DNA from: Candidatus Woesearchaeota archaeon | Lineage (GTDB): Archaea; Nanobdellota; Nanobdellia; Pacearchaeales; GW2011-AR1 | Reading direction: 5' to 3' | Length of the DNA stretch: 36,683 nt | Assembly (NCBI GenBank): GCA_964652735.1 | Contig: CAZZCD010000002.1 | Span: forward strand, 1 to 36,683 | Shown here: positions 9,001 through 15,623 of the stretch, in pieces | Numbering within the stretch: the stretch's first letter is position 1 | Layout of the letters: each line of letters begins with the position of its first letter | Notes under the pieces: generated by a model | Databases searched by the model: none | Told to the model about the DNA's origin: nothing | Seen by the model: only the letters and a program-made list of their open reading frames with translations | Program-made: the position numbers and the translations under genes

Positions 9001-9478
9001 TTTTCTTAAATATTAATCTTTCATTATCACTTTCAATGCCAACTATCCATTCATCTGTAGGAGACACTGAAGTTCCACCACTAGAAAGATACAAGTTTGA
9101 ATCTCCTCCACCTGCTTCGTGAATTTGAATAAGTCCTTGGACATCAAGTGCTTGATGTGGAGCAGTCGTCCCGATGCCGACGTTTCCTGAACTATCTAAA
9201 TTAATCCCTGTAGTTCCAGCATACTTAATATTCATTACATCATTACCTTGGTTATAATATAAATAACCTTTATTAGTGCCAGCATCTACTTGGAATCTTA
9301 TACCTACATCTGTATCTGCTGAATTAGCATCTGTATCTGAATTTATATCAATCCATGCTTCTCCTGTATCCGCTACATCTAACTTCTGTGAAGGACTCGT
9401 CGTCCCGATGCCGACATTACTGTTGTTATCAACATAAACATCTTCCTGATGCACGAAAGAATCGTGATATTCTGTTCT
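1..9478 (-). CDS. Giant repeat-rich secreted/surface fibre protein, 3'-partial (continues past the window start); hosts two inteins
   Basis: Plus-strand triplets in phase 2 mod 3 contain no TTA/CTA/TCA. I checked this by hand for 2-1650, 4430-5281, 5912-6154, 7742-8563 and 9380-9478. For the remainder it is implied by the absence of any in-phase minus-strand ORF call. An ORF with no stop inside the window is not listed, as shown by the unlisted partial pyrH at the right edge. The translation is Gly/Thr/Asn/Val-rich with 23 in-frame G-N-V-G-I-G-T-T-S-P modules and a DDHPQYL motif. Its repeat units match those in ORF 9479..12646. Confidence 0.8.
1020..1648 (-). repeat. Direct duplication of a 74-nt core (1020-1093 and 1575-1648) within a roughly 555-nt module repeat
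   Basis: The two copies differ at 4 positions. Both encode ...EAGTGITTTGAATDKVTVAATLGTA... Confidence 0.8.
4542..4549 (+). promoter_or_regulatory. TATA box of the intein-2 VapBC operon
   Basis: TTTAAATA (context TTTAAATATT) lies 30 nt upstream of ATG 4572. Confidence 0.5.
4572..4769 (+). CDS. VapB-like antitoxin (65 aa) embedded antisense in intein 2
   Basis: The ORF track calls a TTG start at 4515, which would lie inside the intein C-lobe. ATG 4572 is 30 nt downstream of TTTAAATA. The N-terminus MVEVTISIPGKLKEKM is typical of a small RHH/AbrB-type antitoxin. Its TAA stop is immediately followed by the vapC ATG. Confidence 0.6.
   Translation: MVEVTISIPGKLKEKMQRSGIGLHVLVERLIKQLEEEKEMIDWSVKLQRASRKGRFDELKRRGLV
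4770..5177 (+). CDS. vapC: PIN-domain toxin VapC (135 aa) embedded antisense in intein 2
   Basis: The N-terminus is MKFVVDTNVLL (first acidic residue). It continues ...APEYALEEI..., ...DVDFIALALKL... and ...VWSNDKHL, giving the PIN acidic-residue pattern. Size and position directly after a small antitoxin ORF also fit. Confidence 0.8.
   Translation: MKFVVDTNVLLTFFWEDSFTKGILLDQDFEFFAPEYALEEINGHISEILQKTNTSLEQFKELRRDLAICVEFIPLEKYSEFLQKVSDISDKKDVDFIALALKLKLPVWSNDKHLKQQSLVKIFTTEELVKSLESS
7752..7759 (+). promoter_or_regulatory. TATA box of the intein-1 TA operon
   Basis: TTTAAATA (context TTTAAATATT) lies 30 nt upstream of ATG 7782. The VapBC cassette has the identical box and spacing. Confidence 0.5.
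7782..8048 (+). CDS. Putative antitoxin (88 aa) of the intein-embedded RelE-type module
   Basis: The ORF track calls a TTG start at 7764. I prefer ATG 7782, which lies exactly 30 nt downstream of TTTAAATA. Its stop overlaps the toxin start (ATGA at 8045-8048). It is small and acidic, and its C-terminus (...REKGPFIKFNSVDELFKK) resembles that of the antitoxin at 13866 (...YEKGRFVELK). Confidence 0.6.
   Translation: MAELITSPETELDFKLMSKAVVRLMKQDISVRFKQTREITDEDWEFCEQINWHPVDELPMKEEFVKELRKREKGPFIKFNSVDELFKK
8045..8308 (+). CDS. RelE/ParE-family toxin (87 aa) embedded antisense in intein 1
   Basis: The pattern ...NPGHYKSLRHELAGERRVHILKSFILKFKIDEVNKIVMFLAFRHHDKAY matches the RelE/ParE layout (NP..x..L...L.G..R..i...f.l.y.i.......v....HH..aY). 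Its size is as expected and it has a 4-nt overlap with the upstream antitoxin. Confidence 0.75.
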   Translation: MSYTQIIHPKCQREINKVCRKNPILEKVLRKKMDEIIQNPGHYKSLRHELAGERRVHILKSFILKFKIDEVNKIVMFLAFRHHDKAY

Positions 9479-12400
9479 CTATAGATATTGTGCTTTTACT
9501 TCATCTGCTGATAATGCCCGGTTGTAAATGCGAACATCATCTAAACTCCCATTTAAATAATTACCCCCCCTATTCCCAATTGATGTAAGAGTAAAAGATG
9601 AAAAATCAGTAGATGTACCGCTAACATCATTTTCACCATTTAAATATATAATTGTTTGATTGTTTGTCTCATCATAGGTTAATGTTATAAATACCCACTC
9701 ATTTAAATTCCAAGGATTACTATTTAAATAATCACCTTCGTCTGCTAGTGCCCAATGTATATGATTATATAAATAAACATCCAAACCATCATTGGTAGAT
9801 GTAAATATTCCTGTCCAATATGCTTTAGTATATTGATAAAGCCATAATTCAGCACTAAATGACCCTGATATTGTTCTTCCTACACTAATATAATCATCTC
9901 CATCAAATTCAAAATCACCACCATTATTGAATCCACCTGATGAATTTGCTGTTGCTCCGTGATTTGTTCCGTGTTGATTGTAAATAGAACTATCTAAAAC
10001 AGTTTCGCTTCCTGCTGAACCTACAAGGTTTTCAGAATTAAAATTCATCGCTAAAATTAATCCTTCATCTGAAATCTCATGAATGCTTTTTGTATTTGTA
10101 AAACCATTAACATCTAATGTATAATTGGGACTAGTCGTCCCGATGCCGACGTTGCCTCCTGATTCAATTCTAAGAAGTTCTCCACCATTATATTGAAATA
10201 TATAATTACCTCCACTTATCCAATAACGGTCTAAAACAAAATCACCATTAGCATCATAAAACTCAATCGTCCCATAATGAGTTGCATCACTGCCCCCACC
10301 TATTTTTTTACTATTAGGTATGCTTAATTGATAAAGAGGACTCGTCTCCCCGATGCCAACGTTACCGCCTGCTTCTATTCTCATCTTTTCAGACCAACCA
10401 CTCTGTCCATAAGCACTATAAGTCCCAAACACTAAATCAGCAGGGGCATCAGAATCTCCAAAAGCAATATATGAATCAGTAGCATCTGCTGTTAAGATTA
10501 TAAAATTATCATTTGTATCCTCTTTTATCCCAAATGTAGCACTGGCTTTAGTTATATCTAAAGTTTTGGTTGGACTAGTCGTCCCAATCCCAACCATATC
10601 AGTATTTGAATCAACAAACAAAGTATCTGTGTCTACAGTCAGATTCTTCTTCAGCTCTGTGTTTCCGTAAACAATAAAATCATTAACTACACTCATGTTC
10701 TGCTTTGTCAGATTCATAGAAGTTATATTATAAACATAAATTGTCTGTGCATAAATACTGCCTGCGTCAATTGTAACACCTCCAGAAGCCCAGTCTCCAT
10801 CTACATCCAAGCTTCCTGCAATATCAAAATCCCCTACTACAGAAGTGTTCAAAGGCATGAAGAAAGTTGAGTCATAGCCATCCAGGGTCTCAGAACCCTG
10901 AGCAGATATATTAATGCATGTCAAAGTATCTCCAATTATTTGAACAGCATGTCCAGCAGGACAGGCAGAAGGATAATTTGTAAGATTTGCCCATCCGAGC
11001 AAACTTGTTCCATAATTCAAAGCAACTGTTTCTGTATAACCTTCTCCAGGTGTTCCTGAAACACTTATTCCACTTCCAGAAGCAACATCTCCGACATAAT
11101 TTCCAGTTGTATCTGTTCCAAGAACAACAGAATCTGGCTGCACAGCTGTAACTCCTGTGCTTGAAATATTAATATCTCCAGAAACAGCTTTTGTTTCCCA
11201 GGCAGTTCCAGAACCAATCAAAATATTTCCAGAAGTTGCAGTGGTTGTTCCAAGAGATGAGCCATTTATCTTAACAACATCTGGATTTGGATAAGTTCCA
11301 GATAAATCACCACCTGCAGTCTGTCCTTCTTTAATATAATTATTATCAAAATAAGTAGTATTTACATTTATAGTAGTTGTTCCGCCCAAAGCCACAGAAC
11401 CTCCTCCTATCAAACCAGTGCCTGCAGTAATAGTTAAAGTTGAATTAGCCAAGTCTACATTTCCAACAGCTCCGTCAGTTATCATAGCACTAGTTATTGA
11501 GTCCACTTGGTCTTCATTCACATACCTAATATCTCCTGTCTGGTTAAGCTTAGTCTCATTAAGAATAAAATAATTACTTGCATTCTTATAGATATAAATC
11601 CCTCCTGCATAATATAAGGTATCTGTATTAATATCTTCAGAACACTCCCAAGCAGAAGAAGTAGCATTCCACTTAGCAATCTCTGTATCTGCACAGCTCA
11701 ATCCTGCAAGAGTGTCATTCTCTCTAAGATCAATAGTCTGATTAAGCTGGCTTTCTGAAAAACTTAAAGTTGAACCGTCAAATGTCAGATAATCGCTGTC
11801 TTCTGTCCAATTAAATCTTCCTTTGAACCAGTCTGCTGTCACATTTCCTGTAACATTAACATCACCACCAACCCTGATATCTCCTGTAACATTTATATCT
11901 CCAGAAACATTAACATCTTGAACAAATAAACTTGTTATTCTATTTATCAAGCTTCCTAAAAAGCTGAAAAATCCTGAACTAGCACTTACATTATAACTTC
12001 CTAAAGTAAGATTAGAATCCACACTAACCTCACTCAAATTAACATCTGTTGCCCTAAATGCATAAGGAACTCTTCCAAGCTGAGATACATTCTTCAAAGT
12101 TCCATCTCTGTAATAACATAAGTAATACTGGGTGTCATAATCTAGTAAACTGAGATTCCCTCCTCCTGAGCCAACTGTTGGAAGATAAAGTGAAACAATT
12201 CCTCGTGTATCTGTAGTTTGTGAGGTAGAATGGTTATAAACAACATCAGGACCACAAAGTGTACTTGAATTATCTGTAATATTAAATCCAAAAGTAAACG
12301 TTCCTGTTTCAATTGTTCCATTAGAAAATGTTGTCTGAAGATTTATATGAAAAGTGTCATTGATTGGAGCAGCAGAAACCATGCTTAAAAAGAATATCAA

Positions 12401-12646
12401 ACTTGAAGCCAAAAATAAATTTATTAATAATTTCTTAGAACTTGTAAATTTTGGATTTTGTTTTTTAACAGTTTTTTTATTTTTCTGTTTAGATGGATAT
12501 TTTTTAAACTCTATCTTTTTCTTACTAACTGAAATATACCATACACTACTTGACATACAATTATTAATCAAAGACCAATCATAAAAATTAGGAACCATTT
12601 CAGGTCTAAAACAGGGTATTTTGGGCCTTTTGTATGTTTTTTCCAT
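9479..12646 (-). CDS. N-terminal part of the giant surface protein (signal anchor, fibre repeats, LamG-like jelly-roll domain); ends at a TAG in the same phase as the downstream 9.5 kb frame
   Basis: ORF track gives 1055 aa. An ATATAAAA box lies 29 nt upstream of ATG 12646. There is a hydrophobic anchor LLINLFLASSLIFFLSMVSAAP and more than 30 N-x-S/T sequons by eye. Three NVGIGT(T/E)SP-type modules are present. The C-terminal ...GSLDDVRIYNRALSADEV is typical of LamG/concanavalin-like domains. Confidence 0.85.
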   Translation of the reverse strand: MEKTYKRPKIPCFRPEMVPNFYDWSLINNCMSSSVWYISVSKKKIEFKKYPSKQKNKKTVKKQNPKFTSSKKLLINLFLASSLIFFLSMVSAAPINDTFHINLQTTFSNGTIETGTFTFGFNITDNSSTLCGPDVVYNHSTSQTTDTRGIVSLYLPTVGSGGGNLSLLDYDTQYYLCYYRDGTLKNVSQLGRVPYAFRATDVNLSEVSVDSNLTLGSYNVSASSGFFSFLGSLINRITSLFVQDVNVSGDINVTGDIRVGGDVNVTGNVTADWFKGRFNWTEDSDYLTFDGSTLSFSESQLNQTIDLRENDTLAGLSCADTEIAKWNATSSAWECSEDINTDTLYYAGGIYIYKNASNYFILNETKLNQTGDIRYVNEDQVDSITSAMITDGAVGNVDLANSTLTITAGTGLIGGGSVALGGTTTINVNTTYFDNNYIKEGQTAGGDLSGTYPNPDVVKINGSSLGTTTATSGNILIGSGTAWETKAVSGDINISSTGVTAVQPDSVVLGTDTTGNYVGDVASGSGISVSGTPGEGYTETVALNYGTSLLGWANLTNYPSACPAGHAVQIIGDTLTCINISAQGSETLDGYDSTFFMPLNTSVVGDFDIAGSLDVDGDWASGGVTIDAGSIYAQTIYVYNITSMNLTKQNMSVVNDFIVYGNTELKKNLTVDTDTLFVDSNTDMVGIGTTSPTKTLDITKASATFGIKEDTNDNFIILTADATDSYIAFGDSDAPADLVFGTYSAYGQSGWSEKMRIEAGGNVGIGETSPLYQLSIPNSKKIGGGSDATHYGTIEFYDANGDFVLDRYWISGGNYIFQYNGGELLRIESGGNVGIGTTSPNYTLDVNGFTNTKSIHEISDEGLILAMNFNSENLVGSAGSETVLDSSIYNQHGTNHGATANSSGGFNNGGDFEFDGDDYISVGRTISGSFSAELWLYQYTKAYWTGIFTSTNDGLDVYLYNHIHWALADEGDYLNSNPWNLNEWVFITLTYDETNNQTIIYLNGENDVSGTSTDFSSFTLTSIGNRGGNYLNGSLDDVRIYNRALSADEVKAQYL

Positions 12647-12667
12647 TTTGCTTGGTTACCTTACAAT

Positions 12668-12675
12668 TTTTATAT
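12668..12675 (-). promoter_or_regulatory. TATA-like box for the giant gene (leaderless geometry)
   Basis: The minus strand reads ATATAAAA, starting 29 nt upstream of ATG 12646. Other genes in the window show the same spacing. Confidence 0.45.
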
Positions 12676-12785
12676 GTAAGTAAAATGAAAAAGTTGTTTT
12701 ATTGACGGTAAAATTCCTGTTTTTCCTCGTGTAAGTAAAATTTATAAAAGCAGAAAACATTAATTTATTAGTAAAAAGGGGAAAG

Positions 12786-12977
12786 ATGAAGCAACCAATT
12801 AAGATATATCTAAGTTCTGAAACAAAGAAAAAGCTACTTCAGAAGGCAAATGAAACAGGGTTTTACGACCGTGGCGCTTTGACAAAGTTTATAGAAAAAA
12901 TAGCTACAGAAGATATTTGTTTCTTAGATGAAAATTTGAGGAAAATGCTTAAGGTGCTATTCCCTGGTAAGGATTAG
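12786..12977 (+). CDS. Small ribbon-helix-helix (CopG-like) protein
   Basis: IKIYLSSETKKKLLQKANETGFYDRGALTKFIEKIA fits a beta-strand plus two-helix RHH pattern. TTTATAAA lies at 12741-12748. Confidence 0.5.
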   Translation: MKQPIKIYLSSETKKKLLQKANETGFYDRGALTKFIEKIATEDICFLDENLRKMLKVLFPGKD

Positions 12978-12980
12978 GAA

Positions 12981-13205
12981 TTATAATAATTCCAGAAATT
13001 CTTCTTTGCTTAATTTTACTTGTTTTAATATCTCTCTCAAAAGTCCTTTGCCTAATTTTTCATTTCCATGAATTGGAATGATAGTCCTTCTTCCATCAAG
13101 ATGTTTGAGTCTAACATGGCTACCTTTTCCTTTAATCATTTCAAAACCTTTTTTCTCTAAAATCTTACATAATTCTTTGCCAGAAATACGCACTAACTTA
13201 GCCAT
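12981..13205 (-). CDS. hicA: HicA mRNA-interferase toxin
   Basis: ...SGKELCKILEKKGFEMIKGKGSHVRLKH.DGRRTIIPIHGNE.LGKGLLREILKQ matches the HicA/YcfA signature. It lies immediately downstream of hicB. Confidence 0.85.
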   Translation of the reverse strand: MAKLVRISGKELCKILEKKGFEMIKGKGSHVRLKHLDGRRTIIPIHGNEKLGKGLLREILKQVKLSKEEFLELL

Positions 13206-13208
13206 TTT

Positions 13209-13451
13209 TTAATTAGAAACCATAAATGGCTTTTTTACCTGTACTTTTTGAATCCCTATAAATTTCATTGGTTCTATGTCTTCCCCATCAGCTTCTAAAC
13301 ATAATTCAATGGCTTCTTTAATTCTTTCCACTACTTCAGAAATTGTTTTTCCTTGTGTATGACAGCCTTGAATATCTGGAACAGTAGCTACGTAAATTCC
13401 ACCTTCATCTTGTTCAATCAATACTGTAAAATCTAATATCTTTTTTTCCAT
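13209..13451 (-). CDS. hicB: HicB antitoxin (UPF0150 fold)
   Basis: FTVLIEQDEGGIYVATVPDIQGCHTQGKTISEVVERIKEAIELCLE is the HicB N-domain pattern. I prefer ATG 13451 over the track's TTG 13457. Confidence 0.8.
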   Translation of the reverse strand: MEKKILDFTVLIEQDEGGIYVATVPDIQGCHTQGKTISEVVERIKEAIELCLEADGEDIEPMKFIGIQKVQVKKPFMVSN

Positions 13452-13539
13452 AACCAATAACTGTAATAGAATTATTTAAACCTTTCTTCATGAGGTTCTA
13501 AGACAAATTTTAAATACAGAAAAAACATGAAAGGATTGC

Positions 13540-13660
13540 GAGCCTGTAGCTCAGTCTGGTTAGAGCACTGCTCTTATATGAATCTAATTCGCAAGGATTA
13601 GTTTCTCTTGGAAGATTCTAAGAGAGGCAGGGGTCCTCGGTTCAAATCCGAGCAGGCTCA
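13540..13660 (+). tRNA. tRNA-Ile(UAU)-like with a 46-nt intron (13579-13624) at the canonical 37/38 position
   Basis: I folded it by hand. Acceptor is GAGCCUG/CAGGCUC, D stem GCUC/GAGC and anticodon stem CUGCU/GGCAG. The loop is C-U-UAU-A then the intron. T arm is CUCGG-UUCAAAU-CCGAG and the discriminator is A. TTTAAATA lies at 13509-13516, 31 nt upstream. Confidence 0.75.
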
Positions 13661-13741
13661 TAAAACTTTTAAAAAGTTTTAGATCAAACCTAGATACTTA
13701 TCAGTTATCTTTAAAAACTAATTTTGATAATTCTTTATAAT

Positions 13742-13814
13742 GCCCCGATAGTTCAGAGGCCAAGAATGCAAGGTTTTCAACCTTGTGACCCGGGTTCGAA
13801 TCCCGGTCGGGGCG
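13742..13814 (+). tRNA. tRNA-Glu(UUC)
   Basis: Acceptor is GCCCCGA/UCGGGGC, D stem GUUC/GAAU and anticodon stem CAAGG/CCUUG with loop UU-UUC-AA. T arm is CCGGG-UUCGAAU-CCCGG. Confidence 0.9.
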
Positions 13815-13839
13815 TTATAACCCTAATTTAAAAGAAAGA

Positions 13840-13863
13840 TTTATAAAGTATACATATGTATAC
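13840..13863 (+). promoter_or_regulatory. TATA box (13840-13847) plus perfect 16-nt palindrome GTATACATATGTATAC (13848-13863), a likely operator of the RelBE-like operon
   Basis: The palindrome lies between the TATA box and the ATG at 13866/13872. The downstream antitoxin has an RHH-like N-terminus, and such proteins typically bind sites of this kind. Confidence 0.5.
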
Positions 13864-13865
13864 CT

Positions 13866-14105
13866 ATGTATATGGAAACAACCATCAGGCTTAATATTGA
13901 TATAAAAAAAAGGTTGGATTCAATGAAAATTCATTCTAGAGAAAGTTATAATGATGTTGTTGCTAGAATTATAGGAGACAATAAGAAAATTGATGAAGAA
14001 AGTTTAAAAGAAACTATAGAAGTTCTCAGTGACCCCAAAACAATGAGAGACATTGCAGAAGCTCTTGAAGATTATGAAAAGGGGAGATTTGTAGAGCTTA
14101 AATGA
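13866..14105 (+). CDS. RHH-type antitoxin (RelB/ParD-like)
   Basis: The N-terminus TIRLNIDIKKRLDSMK looks like an RHH strand. It has an acidic C-terminus and an ATGA overlap with the toxin at 14102. Confidence 0.7.
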   Translation: MYMETTIRLNIDIKKRLDSMKIHSRESYNDVVARIIGDNKKIDEESLKETIEVLSDPKTMRDIAEALEDYEKGRFVELK

Positions 14106-14359
14106 GCTATAAAATATTTCTTTCTCCAAAGGCAAACGATTTCTTAGAAAAACTTGATAAAAAAGATAAAGAAAGGATGAAGAACAAATTAAAAGATTTA
14201 AGAGAAAGTCCAGAATTAGGAAAACCCCTTATAGGAAAGCTTGCTGGTTTGTGGAGTTTAAGAGCAGGGGATTATCGTGCTTTATATCAAATAAGAGATA
14301 GTGAACTCTTAATTCTTGTTTTAAAAATTGATCATAGAAAAAAGATATATAAAAAATAG
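14102..14359 (+). CDS. relE: RelE/ParE-family toxin
   Basis: ...LRESPELGKPLIGKLAGLWSLRAGDYRALYQIRDSELLILVLKIDHRKKIYK is the canonical RelE pattern. Confidence 0.85.
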   Translation: MSYKIFLSPKANDFLEKLDKKDKERMKNKLKDLRESPELGKPLIGKLAGLWSLRAGDYRALYQIRDSELLILVLKIDHRKKIYKK

Positions 14360-14429
14360 TCCTTAACCAACAAAGCAACTTGCCCTACGACGTGAGTAAG
14401 TTAAGATAATTTTTTAAAGTTCTTAACTT

Positions 14430-15623
14430 CTATCTGGTTTCTGGTTGGGGTGTTTTATTCAAAAGATTTTGATAAAACTCAAAACACTTATATTCTATTC
14501 TTTTTGCATTATATTTATTAAAAACACTTTTTCTTGCATTTTCCCTTAATCTTGAAGAAAGATCATTATCTGTAAGAACTCTTATTATTTGTGAAGCCAA
14601 CATTTCAGAATCTAAAGGATCACTAGTTAAACCATTATAATCATCTTGAACAACCTCTGTCATGGGTTCATAATTTGTAGTTATTGCAGGTGTTCCGCAT
14701 GCCAAAGCCTCTATTAGAGATCTCCCTAAACCTTCCCATAAAGTAGGTAAGGCAAAAACATCTGCCCAAGAATAATAATAAGGAAGCTTTTTTTTGGGTT
14801 TTTCGCCTAAAAAATACACTGTTTCTTCTAATCCTAAATTTTTTTTTATACCACGCAAATGTTCTTCTGTTTCAGAATCAAAAGTTTTCGAAGACCCAAC
14901 ATGGATATGGGTTACGTCTTCTAATTCATCTCTTACATGTCCTACCGCTTTAATAAGAGTTTCTAAGTTTTTATTACGAACAACTCTTGAAACACTAAGA
15001 ATTTTATATTTTGAATCAAGAAAAGAAGGTTCAATAGTTTCTCTAACTCTTTCCCGAGAAAAAGGATAAAATACTTCCATATCAACAGCATCTGGAATCA
15101 GTGCCACTCTTTCCTCATCAACTCTATATTGTTCAATGATTTTTCTTTTTAAAACATCTGAAATACAGATAATAGAATCTGCTTCTTTAACAGCTTCTGT
15201 AACTCTCGATATATCATTAATAGAAAGAACAAGTGGAACTTCTAACTCTTGCTTAAGAAAAATACCTAATTCTATTGAAAAAGGCGTCATAAAAGAACGC
15301 AGGATATCTGGATCAAAAGATTTTGCCAAATCTAAAATTTCTTCTTTTTCAGGCATAAAAACATCTCTAAAAAGAGGAAATGTAAAGTTCCTCTCTCCTC
15401 TTTGCAAAGACTTTAGAATCTCATAAAACTTTTCTTTATTCCTCAGAATAGCATAAGATTTTATCCCTTCAAGAACTCGGTCTTCTTCTTGTTTAAAATT
15501 AAGAAAAGATACTTCATCAAAAAAAGGTTCTTCATTTAAAGAAGGATTAAACTCTCTAACAAGATCTTTCTCTTTCCCTTTATAAGCTGTAATAGGGTCA
15601 TTTGGAATTGCCAACAATTTCAT
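14430..15623 (-). CDS. Glycosyltransferase family 4
   Basis: It has the EGLGRSLIEALACGTPAITT (E-x7-E region) GT-B signature. I moved the start to ATG 15623, which forms an ATGA overlap with the upstream GT2 stop; the track start 15650 would overlap by 31 nt. Confidence 0.85.
   Translation of the reverse strand: MKLLAIPNDPITAYKGKEKDLVREFNPSLNEEPFFDEVSFLNFKQEEDRVLEGIKSYAILRNKEKFYEILKSLQRGERNFTFPLFRDVFMPEKEEILDLAKSFDPDILRSFMTPFSIELGIFLKQELEVPLVLSINDISRVTEAVKEADSIICISDVLKRKIIEQYRVDEERVALIPDAVDMEVFYPFSRERVRETIEPSFLDSKYKILSVSRVVRNKNLETLIKAVGHVRDELEDVTHIHVGSSKTFDSETEEHLRGIKKNLGLEETVYFLGEKPKKKLPYYYSWADVFALPTLWEGLGRSLIEALACGTPAITTNYEPMTEVVQDDYNGLTSDPLDSEMLASQIIRVLTDNDLSSRLRENARKSVFNKYNAKRIEYKCFEFYQNLLNKTPQPETR

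Larger units (their letters stand above)
2157..10597 (-). repeat. 26 dispersed in-frame copies of a GC-rich 26-mer (consensus plus strand GGACTCGTCGTCCCGATGCCGACGTT, minus strand AAC GTC GGC ATC GGG ACG ACG AGT CC = NVGIGTTSP)
   Basis: Copies start at 2157, 2418, 2643, 2886, 3138, 3399, 3588, 3786, 3990, 4263, 5514, 5736, 5889, 6129, 6378, 6582, 6843, 7131, 7401, 8610, 8925, 9159, 9393, 10128, 10338 and 10572. All spacings are multiples of 3. Confidence 0.9.

Noticed and set aside
9479-9481. Genome-wide reassignment of TAG to a sense codon
   Set aside because: TAG terminates several well-supported genes in the window at natural C-termini: GT4 at 14430, TrpRS at 23170, RHH at 12975-12977 and RelE at 14357-14359. 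A local event (readthrough, mutation or error) is more likely.
51-9588. All plus-strand ORFs in the track across the giant gene: 51..236, 393..812, 1605..1832, 1886..2146, 2016..2354, 2901..3209, 3708..3908, 3981..4376, 5340..5705, 5833..6045, 6858..7067, 7329..7514 and 9355..9588
   Set aside because: They are antisense shadows of the minus-strand giant frame. Their repeated peptide (G)LVVPMPTL is the reverse-complement reading of the NVGIGTTSP 26-mer. They have no domain-like content, no promoters and low-complexity composition.
2157-10597. The regularly recurring 26-mer array as a CRISPR array
   Set aside because: The intervals between copies are 127-709 nt, or about 1.2 kb across the inteins, so they are far too long and variable. 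All spacings are multiples of 3. Both the repeats and the intervals between them are a continuous coding frame. No cas genes are present.
12354-12584. Plus-strand 76-aa ORF
   Set aside because: It is antisense to the N-terminal signal-anchor region of the giant gene.
14360-14429. Inverted repeat CTTAAC...GTTAAG plus a T-run as a bidirectional terminator between the convergent relE and GT4 genes
   Set aside because: The stem is only 6 bp with a roughly 30-nt poorly paired loop, which is too weak to call from sequence alone.
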